A DNA stretch of 64,000 nt, from the NCBI GenBank assembly GCA_976226885.1, contig OZ320322.1, positions 17,360,001-17,424,000 of the forward strand, given 5' to 3'. The position numbers and the translations under genes are program-made. This document shows positions 1-13,712 of this stretch, piece after piece. Below the pieces are notes generated by a model, which was given only the letters and a program-made list of their open reading frames with translations, did not search any database and was not told the origin of the DNA. The stretch is from Iphione sp. A-MEVVRFRX5. Its lineage: Eukaryota. Each line of letters starts with the position of its first letter. Within the stretch, counting starts at the first letter, position 1.

Positions 1-719
1 AGAGTAGGCAGCTATGCACTGTGGGATAGCACAGGACACCCTCTCCACCAATGAAAATTCCTGTTCATATGAGAGGGTAAACCAATATACCTGCCTGCAG
101 CCAAGAGCTCTTGGAATTTATTATTCCTAATGTGGTAGTGTTAACCAGCCGTCGTCACCCTTGCATCAGTTGTTTGTAATGAAAATGATGACTCAGATAT
201 CTGATGACATTGGGCTTTTGATATGCCCATAACACTCCTAAAGCATGACAGGATTTTCATCCAGTTCCAATGAGGCAGCAACAAAAGACTTTGTGAAATA
301 TCTCGAGATCCATTGTTCAGGTAAGCAGTGCAAGGAAATTTTACCCTATAGAGATGTATAAAATGATGAATAGTTAGGTTAGTTAGCATACTCCTGGGCA
401 GTGTGAATAATTTTGACAGAATAAACAGCTGTTTGTCTTGGAAAGTGCAATGCTTTCATGTGTATGTAGATATCAAAGCTCAAGAGTCCAGTGGATGCAT
501 TGTTTGAAAGTTTAATTTTGAACACTGATTGCAGACTGGCTCTGTTACTGACCAAAATATCATTGGGGCTAGGTGTCCTCTTCAGAAGGTATTGGAAATA
601 CAGTTGTCATGGCAAACAGTCGTCAACACTCAGTATGGAGAGAGACCAGAATGTCATTCTGAAAGAAATCCTTTAAATCACATATTAGCACACAAAGTTT
701 TTGTGATACAACAAAAAAG

Positions 720-976
720 ACAAAAACAGTAGATTTCTTAAAAACAGTTTGTGAAATGATGAAAAAAAGTACAAAAACAGTATAAAATCCTGAAATTGTG
801 AAAAACAGTACTGTACTTTCAAAAAAGTATGTTGTGGCAACACTGATACATATGAAATGATGAAAAAAAAGTACAAAAAAAGTACACAACTTGAAAAAAG
901 TACAAAAAAAGTACAAAATCCTGAAATTGTGAAAAAAAAGTACTGTACTTTCAAAAAAGTACGCTGTGGCAACACT
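720..976. repeat. A-rich degenerate tandem repeat (about 130-bp unit built from AAAAAAGTAC sub-repeats), running into an N block
   Basis: GAAATGATGAAAAAAAGTAC...AAAATCCTGAAATTGTGAAAAA...GTACTGTACTTTCAAAAAAGTA...TGTGGCAACACT occurs twice in tandem. Confidence 0.8.
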
Positions 977-1133
977 NNNNNNNNNNNNNNNNNNNNNNNN
1001 NNNNNNNNNNNNNNNNNNNNNNNNNNNNNNNNNNNNNNNNNNNNNNNNNNNNNNNNNNNNNNNNNNNNNNNNNNNNNNNNNNNNNNNNNNNNNNNNNNNN
1101 NNNNNNNNNNNNNNNNNNNNNNNNNNNNNNNNN
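977..1133. other. N block; others at about 4129-4294, 7319-7446, 7727-7864, 11164-11348 and 17792-17937
   Basis: Runs are about 128-185 N of variable length and several are flanked by low-complexity or tandem sequence. They look like hard-masked repeats rather than fixed-size scaffold gaps (inference). Their content cannot be assessed. Confidence 0.9.
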
Positions 1134-3737
1134 TCATATGTAGCGGATGCTGGTTGACTGTTGAAATATCTCGAGACCAAAAAAAACTCGCTCCTTTACT
1201 GAATCGGAACGCGACGTCTCAAGGGAAAAACTGGTTGTACTACTAAAGAAAGTACAGGTACACAAAGGAGCCCCCATTACGCTAACCTTTCAAGAGAACA
1301 ACCACAGGTCGACAAAGTGATCTAAGGATTTTTATTTTATTAGTTTTTTTTCCGCAAAAGAGGAAAATTCTTATATTCCTTACAATATCGATGAAATTAA
1401 TGCATGTATACCTGACTGAATAGGAGATGCATGTGCCTGTACTTGATACGAAGCTGGTGTGTGTGGACGTGGTGCAACAGTATTCAGGTTTGAAAAAAGA
1501 AAAAGAAAAAAATAGAATAGGAGCTACTTACTGTGGTTACCGTTCAAATGTCAAGCTGACTGTACAACAACTACCTGCAGGTGCACAGTTTGAGTTCCAT
1601 CCTCTCCTTTATAACTGAGTTCCATCCTCCTCCTTTATAAAGCCAACACCGGCATATCTCTATTATAAACACTCCAGTCGTACTGACGTCCATGAAGCAC
1701 GGAGATGTGTTCCTGAAAACCTTAAGACTAACAACCAGTCTACATGTAAGCTGTCCGCCCAGTCCGACCCCTGCATGTGACCCTGTATTGACCCTCCCAT
1801 TCACCTTGGTTTGACCCCGGCTACTATTACCGTAAAGTCTATTGTGAGAACAGACCATTCCCAGTGATATAATGGTGCTGGAGGCACGACTGAGGTGTGG
1901 ACTGCTAATCAAATCTTACAAATATGACACAAATACGAGCCCTTCGTCAGCATTGCACGTGGTAGCATCATTTAGGCCAGGCTGTCACCATGACGTGCAT
2001 AAACAAGACGAGTGCAGTGATCTATGCCCCCCCCCCCCCGCCACAATGACAACAAGGTGATGGAGATGGTCTGGGTCCTCTAACCACCAGCCAATATATC
2101 AGATCCCATTTAGTTCCACTGCTATGTATCATCCAGTCAAGAATATGTTTTGCTTCTTCAGCTGGCACCTCCAAAATCACTCAGTGAAAAATAAGAGTCC
2201 ACGGTATAAAATATTTCTGTAGGTTTCAGACCTCCAGACTTCTGTGGCATAATCCTAAACCATATACATGTATATACAATATCTACCAGGACAGCCGGAC
2301 AGATGGGAACGTATGGAGGGGACAGCTGCATTCCGATTAGGCGGAGAAGGACTCACAATTCTAAAAAACAGACAGTCTGAGATAAACACACACTTGGTTA
2401 ACTGTTAAACTATTTACGCTTTCTGTTTGAAAAAACTTGGGGAAATAACAAATGAAATAACATTTATCATTTAACCACCAACCTATCCCCCCCCTCCACC
2501 GGTGGGTGTGCATGTTTTATAATGAAGGTAGTGAGCGCAAGGCCTCACCATGTTCTAGACATACTGTGTCAGTCTGCGTCAAGCGTGGTGGCTACTGTAA
2601 GCAGGTCTAATGAAGGCCAGGCACGTGAATGATCTAGCTGCACGTACGTGCATGTGTTACGTGTACTGTAAACATGAAATTCAGTACCCGATACTTTGCC
2701 GCCTACTGGGCCGTTTTATCACACAGTACGTACATGTATACGTACACACATACATACATACACACAGATTATCGGCTTCAAGGAATCGACTACTACTTTC
2801 CACTTCAGAATTCTTGTTTCCTGCCGGTCCTGTTTTAGCACTCCTCTTAAGTAAAAGATATTCTTACTAGCTGATAGCTAATCACAGTCGAGTACATGTA
2901 ATGTGTTGTTAGCATCCAGCTGTAAAGCCGCATAGTAATGGTATAAATGTTGTAAGTGGCTTTGTAAATGTGACTTCTATTACCTCTGGGCATATGTAGA
3001 CACACAAACACAGACACCACATGGCACATGGACAGACAAACAAGAAAAACGGACAGCCGGACAACATAGACAAAGACACACAGAGAAAAACTGACGCACA
3101 GACAGATACACAGACGGACACGGACATACAGTCAAACAAACGCACACAGAGACAGGTACACGGACATAATAACACTGTGCGACTTTAATTCTGCAAATAG
3201 AAAATTGACAAAGTTTCTGGCACCAGGGTTCAGTGCTATGGAATTCACTGACAATGTCGGATATACCAAGTGCAGACCTGAAACAGGTGAAGTCAATAGT
3301 AAAGAAACTAATCACTTGAGCCGACTTATTTGTGCCTACCACTCTCATTTCTATGGCCCAAAGTGGAGTTAGGAATTGTGGACATGTCTTGTCTAATTAC
3401 TGTGTAACTCTTACTCTGATGTTGTGTGTGTATGTACGTTTCTAATTCGCCATTTTGTTAAACCTGTTATGACCTTAAAGTTGAATAATTCCATTCAATG
3501 GAAGACCTCGGTGTGTACTGTATTACACTGTGAGATCTGAATAAAGCAGTTTCAAGTTTCAAGTCTATTTTTAAAAAAGTAACTTCTCCAACAGTTAAGA
3601 CAGCTCACGTATTTCTATAGCAAAAACAAGTCTCCTAGCCCTTAACAGACATGGGCGAACGGTATCAATAACAACATGAGCGATAAGCTGACAAGACTCG
3701 GTCAGGAGATACGAGTTTAAGTTGCTAATGGTAGTGG

Positions 3738-3789
3738 TTTTATTCCAGTGTATGTCTTTCCGCTCCGTTCGGGCCCTTCATCAGGACTG
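3738..3789 (-). ncRNA. Degenerate minimal type I hammerhead-ribozyme-like motif, Penelope-like element (PLE) terminal-repeat style, followed by AATAAA
   Basis: Minus strand reads CAGUC-CUGAUGA-A-GGGCCC-GAAC-GGAGCG-GAAA-GACA-UA-C-ACUG-G-AAUAAA: core boxes CUGAUGA and GAAA, a CAGU/ACUG stem I, and imperfect stems II and III. Confidence 0.4.
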
Positions 3790-5653
3790 CGGATACTGAC
3801 GCGTCGATAATAGTAATAATACGATACAAAGCTGACGTCTTCTTGCCTGGCCTGGATACGGCGCGGTATCGATCCCCTGACTGGAGGCTCGGAGGAGCCC
3901 GGCACGCTGTATGTATGCCTCGTTTCTGCTGACAGCTAAAGATATGTGTGTCCCGCGTGCGGGGAGGTCTCACAGCTGATAGGTCAAAGGTAATTTGTCT
4001 GCATGGGTCACCTTGGTTACAAGGAGGTATGTCAGAACAAAAGGTGTCACTCCCTCGTCCCCCTCTCCCCCCCCCCACCTACCAGCAGCTTTCACGAGCG
4101 TATATTCTACACTTTTTTTAGTTTTTGGNNNNNNNNNNNNNNNNNNNNNNNNNNNNNNNNNNNNNNNNNNNNNNNNNNNNNNNNNNNNNNNNNNNNNNNN
4201 NNNNNNNNNNNNNNNNNNNNNNNNNNNNNNNNNNNNNNNNNNNNNNNNNNNNNNNNNNNNNNNNNNNNNNNNNNNNNNNNNNNNNNNNNNNNNNGAACAG
4301 AGTAAACCTGAGGGGGGAAATGCGCGAGGAGAACAAGACAAATAGTTACAGACAGAAAAAAGAGAGTAACAGTGGCATCAAAAAGGAATTATAAAGAAAA
4401 TGACTACAACTACCGCCTTCATCTCTTCCTTTTTTAAGTACATCACTCAAGGACGGGTAATCATACACCTGAGTTAACTGTTGCCGGGCGCAGGCCGCTG
4501 CTGAATACAATAATCAGAGAATAATAAGAACAATGACTCCCTTATATCAATCCCCCATCTTAACGCTCTACATCAATTATTTAACTACAGTCAGTTCCTG
4601 CCGTGTCTCTGCAGCTACTCAGGAGCCCGAGGAGTTCCTTCCAGATATATAACGACTGAAATGAGAAGGAGAAATCTGCATCTTCAGGCTGTGAGCCTTG
4701 CCATGTATGAACATGTGAGCCAGCACCACCAGCGGTCATAATGTGAACTACACGTCAACGCCTACGAAGACTACCAGGCCTATCAGGGTTGAAATTGCAC
4801 AGATCTCCCCTACTCCTGACCACAAGGACAAAGGATTAGCCATGAACCCCCGACAAGATGGAACCTCCACTGCATCACCAACTCCTGTCCAATATGACCA
4901 ACCTCACTCAATAAACTCACTCCCAAGTCCCAAGATCATCCTCACACACAAGAACACCCAAACCCAAGAAACAAACCCAGCCCCATCCTCTGCAATACAA
5001 TCCCCCTGCAACCAAAGATAGAAACCTCCATAGCCTCCTAGACCAAGGAACACAGGGCATGAAGTTCATTAGCCAACTGAAGTTACAAAGGACCCCAGCC
5101 AGGCACTTCAGATGGAAACCAGCGCCCCTTCATCCAAGACCAAGATCAACACAGACCCCGATCCACTAATTATTCTCAGCAATGAAGGCTGAGCCCTGAA
5201 TTGGCCTGCCTGATCTGCGAAGGCCAATGGTCATCGAAACCACATCCCACCCAGAAAAAAGTATGCACCACACATGGTTTGCTGGGCTATAACTTATCAC
5301 TATCAGTCGACAGAGAGTACACTGGAAATATTCTGCCAGGTTTGATTAGCTGATAGAGTGACAGACCGACACGCACACACACACACTCACACGCCTGTGT
5401 GCACACGCACACACACACACACACATACAATCTGATGAACAGTGTGGAGACTTGTCACTTACATCACAGATAGACACCTCAAAAACGACGGGATTGAAGT
5501 AAAAATGCATTGACCTTCTTACTATATGTATATTTGATTTTCCAATATATTAATTCATTTCTCCATTGTTAAAATTGTATTCACAGGAAGACCTGGATAT
5601 ATACGTATTCCAGATTGTGAATAAAAATTCTGAAATTCTGAAAATATGTGCTC

Positions 5654-5654
<1 letters not shown>

Positions 5655-5692
<38 letters not shown>

Positions 5693-5710
5693 CGTGCGTA
5701 CGTGTGTGTG
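5655..5710. repeat. (TG)n / (TGCG)n microsatellite
   Basis: Direct reading. Confidence 0.95.
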
Positions 5711-8700
5711 AATGAATGAACGACTAACTCACTCTAGGGAATCGTCAGGAGAAATTTCGGTTTAAATCTGTATACATGTACATTAAGAGACTTCGGAAAT
5801 AAGTTTCCTTGTGTATGTTGGTGTATGTATGCATGCACGTGCGCGTGTGTATGTGTGTGTGTGTGTGAATGACTGACTCTGGGGTAGTACTCTATAGAAG
5901 GCTGGTTTAGCTTAGCCTTCCTTCTATCACTTCTTCTTTTACTTCCCCTCACAGCAGCTGTGTTCCAATATTATACTAAAAACATTGTATTTAACAAATA
6001 TAATACTAAAAATATGTACATGTACTAGTGTTTGGACCGGGCTTTCAGCTAACCCCCACCCACCCACCAAAAGATATTGACCTTTAAGGTGTGATGCTCC
6101 ATACCCCCACTGTTACATATATGTAAATATGGGAACGACAGTGTTTCTAGAAATTCATCTTTTTCTTTCTAAATTTCAGCTCTCTGTCTTCAATACAAAT
6201 CGAAAGAGAAACTGTGCGCAAAGTTCGCCCGGACGGTCAGGGGGTAAAAAGGTTGGTGGCTCGTACAGCAGCACTCCTGGCGTTCCTCATGGGAACCAGT
6301 TACAGCCATTTGCCTTTCCAGAACATAAAAAACATACATATATAAATACATATATCATGAGATTCAATGATTACAATACACAACTTCTGATTGCCACCTA
6401 GCATGACGGCAGTGGCTGGAAACTCCCTGTTATTTATTTTTTTTATTTCACTTTTATTTCACCTGGGATGAAAGCGTACAATATGTACATGTGACCAGGG
6501 TCTGAAATAGGTGATCTATCTGGCTGGCAGTACACGAACCTGAGTGTCCACTATAAAACTCAATCACGTGGAAGTGTTGGAGGTATATTCTAGTTCTAAG
6601 AAAAAAATAACAACATGTATATGAGAGAGTAAAGTGGGGCTTAGTGATAATAATGTTGACAGTCTTAGGCCTGGATTTGTTAACTATCACTCCGTATACG
6701 CTTTTCAATACACGGGAGTTGGGTCGTACAAGGTGCAACAAGTTTCTCATTTTAAAAGCAGCTACACGTCCACAAACTGTGAAGTGTGGAATATTTTGTG
6801 TCTGTTTTAATTTCACGGTCTCCCAAGAATCTGTGACCGTAATGGCAGCGTCTGCAAGCCTCCTGCAACCCCCCCCCCCGACAACCATCGCTGAGTGCGT
6901 CCAGCTACTAGTGGACCAGCATTTAAGATGTGCCAACTATCGTGTGGGCGCAGATGGCCGCACCTTCCTCCCCGCGAGAAAATTTCACGATTGGCAGTAT
7001 GTATGTAAACATTTCCACTTGCTTTTCCTCCTCAAACTAATGCAAAGTAACTTAGCCTAAGATACTTCATACCGCAGACACAGTTCGTGAAGGGGGGGCT
7101 GGGGCCTCCATAGAGAAATTAAGTGACAATTCTAGTTTGTTTGTGTGTTTTTTCTCCTCTCTCTCCCTCGCCTATGACAGCTTTCTTCTAAACGCCTCAC
7201 TGTCTGCCTGTCTTGTAGCATTGTTAAGTGAATGGGGAAGGGTTGTGTCGGTGAGACGGGAGAGAGTCGATGATAGCATGATGTGACTAATGGTGCTCGC
7301 AGCGCCTGGCCATTGTCTNNNNNNNNNNNNNNNNNNNNNNNNNNNNNNNNNNNNNNNNNNNNNNNNNNNNNNNNNNNNNNNNNNNNNNNNNNNNNNNNNN
7401 NNNNNNNNNNNNNNNNNNNNNNNNNNNNNNNNNNNNNNNNNNNNNNTGTCTGTGTGTCTCTGTACGGGTATTTGCATCTCTCTCCCTCCGTCTGTCTGTC
7501 TGTCCCGTCTGTTTCTCCTAGTCTGTCTCCCTCCCTGTCTTTGCCTACCTGTCTGTCTCTCTCGTATAGATCTACGTACGTCTTTTTTCCGTATACGCAT
7601 ACGTATGCAAGTCTCCCTGTCTGTCTTGTCATGTGACTGTCGGTGTAACTTACTTGACTAAGCAGCAGTGGTTCTTAGCTGCTGTGCATACTCCTATCTG
7701 TGCCTTCTCTTCTCTTGTTTTTATTGNNNNNNNNNNNNNNNNNNNNNNNNNNNNNNNNNNNNNNNNNNNNNNNNNNNNNNNNNNNNNNNNNNNNNNNNNN
7801 NNNNNNNNNNNNNNNNNNNNNNNNNNNNNNNNNNNNNNNNNNNNNNNNNNNNNNNNNNNNNNNNCAGTCTGTCTGTCTATAATGTATCTATCATTAATGG
7901 TACTAAACACTTTCTGCCTTCATTCTACACGATTCTCTCCGCAAGAAGCTATGTGTCTGTCTGCTTATCTGTCTATCCCTCTATCTATTCATCTATCTAG
8001 ACCCTATTTTAATTTTCCTCTCCTGGTGTTAACTCTTTTCTCCCTCTATTTGCATCTCCTGCTACTATCCCTTTTCTCCCTTTATTTTCCTCTCCTGGTG
8101 TAAACCCTTTTCTCCCTCTATTTTACATAGAGTAATCTGTCAAGTATGCCTGTCTGTAGTCATCCCAGTGTTTCCTCTGCCCTAGTGGACAGGTCCAGTG
8201 TTAAACCCCGTTCTCCCTCTATTCCACATTCTACATATAGTAATCTGTTAAGCCTGCCTGCCTGTCCGCCCCCCCCCCCCGCGCGCAGTGTTTCCTCTCC
8301 CCTAGTGGAGAGGTCAGCTGTGACCTGTGTCGCTTTTATTCTGAGTCACCCCCGAATAACTGAAGCGATTAACCTCACACCGGCTCTGACAACAGTCGAC
8401 GGGCAAAGAGAAAGTCTGTCAGAGAGAAAACATCAACCGACAGCTTAGAGTTTCACAAAACTACCACGTTTCATCCCAGATTATTCACATTAACGGTGCT
8501 ACATCACATGACAACGGAGCGAAATTAACACTCACCTCATCACCACTGGTCAACTCTGTTAGGTGTGGGTCAACGCTTCTGGCACCAAATGTAATAATTT
8601 TGATCCAGATGATCAACATAATATTTTCTATTCAAATAACGCATGGGATTAGCCAAAAAACTCTCTCAGCAAAACCACTTCCAAGATATCGGCCACAGGT

Positions 8701-8950
8701 AATCAACCATTCAACAAATTAAGATTTAACCCTGTCACATCAATACCTAATTCAGGCTGGATTGGCTAAACAACTCTGATTATAGATTCCTCACTCTACA
8801 GCACAGCTTACCTTTATACTATATACAGATTATGATCTCCAGAAAACATTTCTATTTACATTTTGCATTTAAAAAACTACAAAATTGGTAAAATAATATT
8901 ATGCATGATAACCTAGCTGAATCCTAGCTATCCATGTACTTCACTAGACT

Positions 8951-9157
8951 TAGGCCCGGTTTCCTTACGTGCGTTGCCGTCCGTGTGCGTTGCTGTGTGT
9001 TGAAGTGCGGTGAATTATGTCATTAATGGGATATAGGGATATAGTGGAGGGTGTTCCTTACGTGCGTTGCCGTCCGTGTGCGTTGCTGTGTGTTGAAGTG
9101 CGGTGCTCATTTTCGGACCCTTCCCATAATTTTCCCGCACACGGATGGCAACACACC
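8951..9157. repeat. Direct duplication of a 52-bp unit plus an inverted partial copy; probable truncated MITE end
   Basis: TTCCTTACGTGCGTTGCCGTCCGTGTGCGTTGCTGTGTGTTGAAGTGCGGTG at about 8961 and 9055; inverted CGCACACGGATGGCAACAC at about 9137; preceded by TTA|GGCCCGGTTTCC. Confidence 0.6.
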
Positions 9158-11099
9158 CCAACGCACTTCTATTTCCTTCATTTTGACTGACTTTGACTGA
9201 CTTTTGACTGATGATACCGCACATATCCGCACATTTCTGCACAATGTTGTTTTTTTCCCGAATTTTTCCGCACATTTTTGCCGATTTTCGGCCGAATTTG
9301 CATGAAATAAGCCAGTTTTCGGCCGATTTTTTAAATGAAATTTGCCGGTTTTCAGCTGAATTTTCATGAAAGAAGCTGTTATTTGGGACAATTTGCATGA
9401 AATTTGCCGGTTTTCGGGACTTTTTTTGCCAATTTTCATATTTTCCAGTCATAAAACGCACTGGTCCACACTGGCCCGCACTGGCTGTCAAAGGACAGGG
9501 TGGGGGTAGGGTGGGGTGGGGGGGCCTTACCTGAATATAGAACACAAGATGGCCAGTATATTTAGGGAAAAAGTGTTTACAAATCAAATAATATCCCCTG
9601 ACTTCACTAGAACCTGCAATCTGCACATGTAAATTATGTTAAGTCAGATTTATATTTAAACATCACGTATTCATGCCCAACAAGTTTGTTTTTATAAGGA
9701 GTGAATAACAAACGCAACGACTCATAGACAGCGATCACTCTATCCATTCGGTCTCAAAGAGACGAAAGTATGAACTTGATGATGACTGATATCGGTACTC
9801 CACAGTGAGATTTAATTGAAAGGAGTATTACCGGCGGTTTGTAATAGCAAACGGAAACCTGGCCTTGCTCGTCGAACAGTCGCTCAGGAAACTCGGCGTC
9901 GATCGAAGAGCCAGACAAGGGAGCTTCTTCTTAGTCTCATTCAAGGTCATTCACTTAGATGTAATGTCCATGCGGGCTCTTCAAGGAAATCACATGTCCA
10001 CCAGCCGCATTTTTTTTGTTTTTCATTCGCCCCTCCCGTCTGACATGTGCAGTTATTACTATGGCGCATGTAGAGTCTTTGAAGGTTATCTGTAATAACC
10101 GTTCTAATGCACTCTGTCAGAGTCGCACGGTTGACCTCTGTCAAATTATTCTCCTTCGTACCCTACATGTACTTAACTTCAGTAGGCAGGGCGAGAGGAG
10201 GAAAGTCCTACAACACAGAGATAAGAACGCGTCGATGAAGGACGCTACGAACACGGTTCATCATGTGAAGAACAGTGCTTGTACGTTTATCAAACGAATA
10301 TCTCGGTAACAATACCCGCCACCATTCATCAGGTACGCTACATTATAATTAGGTCCTTGATTTACGCGGAATGGAGCCCACCACACGCTTGTTCAGCACG
10401 AGTTCTCCCCGCTAAGCAAAGAACGCTTCTGAACCAGCGCAGCGCTCTCTCGCCACCCCCACCCCACAGCCCCCCTAGCGTACCCTCTTCTCTCTCTCTC
10501 CCTAGCCCCCTCCCCCTTCCCCAGCGCCTTCTCCTCCTCCTCCTCCTTCTCCTCCTACTCCCTACTCCTCACCCAGGCTTTTATCGAACAACCCTTTACG
10601 GAATGCGAACGCCTGCGACTGTCGCACCCTGCTCATTCGGACATATTTACACATTAATCTTGGCATACTGCCCGTGCAGAGGACGATTTAAAGGATAACT
10701 TTATCATCTGTCGTCCCTAAAATACGCACGCTTAAGGAGAGGGCCGAGGGTGATGGGCTGCACCTTCACTACATTGTAATTGGCTCTCAGCAGTTTTGGT
10801 TTCTCGACGTTTGAACACCCCATGAAAGCGCCATTTGAAGAGCGGGAGAAAAAAAAGTCGTCTGCTCTGCGTGCCTGATATATCTGTGTGCTGTCTATCC
10901 CTATATTATCAATGGAGTGACCTTAAAGAGCCACCAGTGCGGGCAGTGAACTCAACACTCCCTATTGTCAGGTGAACATACAAACATTTATGCAAATACA
11001 TGTAGTTGCCTTTTCACATTTATGTAGTCAGACTGAACTGCTATCAGGAATTCGGTGAATCTGGTACTACACAATTTGTGTTTAGTACAGTACATACAG

Positions 11100-11101
<2 letters not shown>

Positions 11102-11135
<34 letters not shown>
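11102..11135. repeat. (CA)n microsatellite
   Basis: Direct reading. Confidence 0.95.
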
Positions 11136-11137
<2 letters not shown>

Positions 11138-13400
11138 CTGTAGTGTTTTAGTAGATATATGTGNNNNNNNNNNNNNNNNNNNNNNNNNNNNNNNNNNNNN
11201 NNNNNNNNNNNNNNNNNNNNNNNNNNNNNNNNNNNNNNNNNNNNNNNNNNNNNNNNNNNNNNNNNNNNNNNNNNNNNNNNNNNNNNNNNNNNNNNNNNNN
11301 NNNNNNNNNNNNNNNNNNNNNNNNNNNNNNNNNNNNNNNNNNNNNNNNGCAGACATGTATATAGTTTATCTAAAAAGTAATCACTGAGATAAACCTTTCT
11401 AATTATATATGCTCGCAACCACTATGTTGTGTTTTACCGCATTGCCGCACTATATACACCTGAGTAGTTATGGAGAGAGAGAAAGATGGAGAGAGTGAGA
11501 GAGTGATGGAGAGGGAGAAAGAGAAGAGAGAGGGCCACAAAGGAGAAAGATGGAGAGAGGCGGAGTAGAGAATTGACCGAACAAGGGAGAGACAGACGAA
11601 TAGACAGACCGACGGAAGGGAGACAGACAGACAGACACAGACAGACAGACATAGATAGACAGACACAGAGCTAAAGGCAGATGGACATAGACCAAGTGCA
11701 TGGCAAGGGGTCCAGGTAATGAAGTCACGGGAACCGAAAGATTTTGAAGCTGGAATCAAGTCTCGTACCCCGGGTCCAAATTCGTGTGTACTGGGAGGAA
11801 CCAGGTCTCGACAAAGTAGGCTAATAGGAATAAATATTTTCCGCACCACCGAAAGTTACATCCACTTTATAACTCCCAGTGTCCCTAAAAGTTTCTACGA
11901 ACAGGAATTTAACTAACGCGATAGGGGTGTTAATGGGATACATACAGTTGATTATTACAAGTAAAAAAAAACACTGTGAAAGGTAACCCCCCCCCCCGCC
12001 TCCCTTCTCTAGAGAAAAGGGCTCCTTCCTTCTTGACCAGTGCTGACTGTTCGTGTTCTGCGGCAAATCGTTTCGAAAAGCATGTTTCATCTCACACTGC
12101 AACGGCTGAGTCAAAACCCTTCTCAAGTCCCTACTATGTACAATGTATAGTTGAGAACTGTAACCTCATACAGCCAGCTCTGCCACTGAAGGCTGATAAT
12201 ACACATGTGCATGAATGTAATTGATGAACATGTATGTAATGTGTGTGCGTATGTATGTACACATGTGTTTTCGTAAATGTCGATGTGTGTAGACATGTAT
12301 GCCTGCATGTATGTGTGTTATGTTGGTACATACATGTACACATGTACATTGTATATATATATGTTTGTATGTATGTTGGTATGTGGGGACGTGAACTGGC
12401 CTGTGTGTGACTGTTGCCTCCACGTTGTGTAACGAGTTCGTTCTAACCACCAGTAGCCGCGTATATTATTGCTTGAAGCGGGCAGCTGTGGGGTTGTCGG
12501 CGAGAAGAGAGGCGGTCCCCTTTTATATGCGAGTAAACCCTCGCTTTTCGGAGCCCGACCCCCTCCTCCTCCTCGGGGAACTTAGAAACGGAAAAACCCC
12601 CTTTGTGAGTTTTAAAGCAGCCCGCGGAGGGGCGCTACGGCGCAAGCTTCTTACCAACCTCCATTTAAAACTACCTTTAAATATGTAGATGCATACATAC
12701 GATACCCGGGGTTAAGTGACATATCATTATCAAACGGTTATTTTTTTTCTTAATAAATTGGAGAAACTAACAACAGACCGTTATGAAGACGGCCGCTGAC
12801 TTGAGGACTGTGGTCTCAACCCAAGAAAAACGCACCGATTCAATCCGTAAACAATCAAGAGCTGTGTCCCAGATAACACAAACAATTCGCGGAAAAGACG
12901 ATAAAAATAATATCTGTACTAATGAATCCGCTGGGAACAATGCTCCTTTGTAACGGAGTTGGTAAAACTCCCGTTAATCACGTGCACTATGCAGGACACT
13001 AAGGTGTTCCCAAGATATTCATTATGCTTCCGATAATAAAATTCTTCGTGATGAAGTGAAGGCATGGAACACATAATACTTCGTTAACAGAGGTATACCT
13101 GTACAGTTTTCTGGTTCAGGTGTTCCAATCCAATTAAGCCTAAGGCACTAAGAGGCTATTGTCCATACTTCTATGTTTGTCCATATTTGCGGCTTGTGTA
13201 GCACAAACTCAATTAATACAGGAACAGGTACAATATAGATTTTACTGTCTATTCAATCATTTCTGAATGTCAATGAACAAGACGAAATCCTTAAATACAA
13301 TGTACGTGTATAACTTTAGGCCAGATGTTCGGACGTCCCTGCATGCGTAGTCGGGTTTGAAAACCAACCAAGCTGTGCCTGTGAATGGAAGAACGAGTAA

Positions 13401-13712
13401 GGTGGTGTTCACATGCATCTGTACATTTTCAAAACGGATATAGGCCCAGATCTGTAAAATATCTGCCCTGTAGCAATCGAAATAGTATCTTCACATGTGT
13501 CCGTTCAAAATGGATACATGTCCGTATCCGTTTTCTGAAACCATAGGGACGGATGTTTTGGAAAGGCACCTTGAAAATTACAGATACGGACATGTTTCAA
13601 CACTCTAGCATGTGAGCGAACAAACAAAAACAACTGACTGGGCACCGTGCAAGTATTTTGATTATGGATACGAACATGTTTTGACAAAATATGGATGCAT
13701 GTGAACCTTGCC
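13401..13712. mobile_element. PIF/Harbinger-type MITE (312 bp)
   Basis: TIRs GGTGGTGTTCACATGCATC / GATGCATGTGAACCTTGCC, with a TAA target-site duplication on both sides. Confidence 0.8.

Noticed and set aside
245-320. Plus-strand exon-like stretch ending CAG|GTAAGC; similar isolated candidates at about 6180-6245 (+), 8556-8650 (-), 9531-9613 (-) and 60589-60650 (+)
   Set aside because: These have plausible splice signals but no recognisable protein similarity or consistent multi-exon chain, so they are expected by chance in 64 kb.
3865-3900. B-box-like GGTATCGATCCCC (tRNA or SINE head)
   Set aside because: No A-box at suitable spacing and no cloverleaf; I found no tRNA or rRNA gene in the window.
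5190-5250. Zinc-knuckle-like CLICEG(N)GH in a C/A-rich decayed ORF region (4740-5260)
   Set aside because: It needs a frameshift, lacks the final Cys, and no other gag or pol motifs are nearby.
9015-9626. 203-aa minus-strand ORF
   Set aside because: It runs through degenerate tandem repeats and a G-tract, has biased K/N/S composition and shows no recognisable domain.
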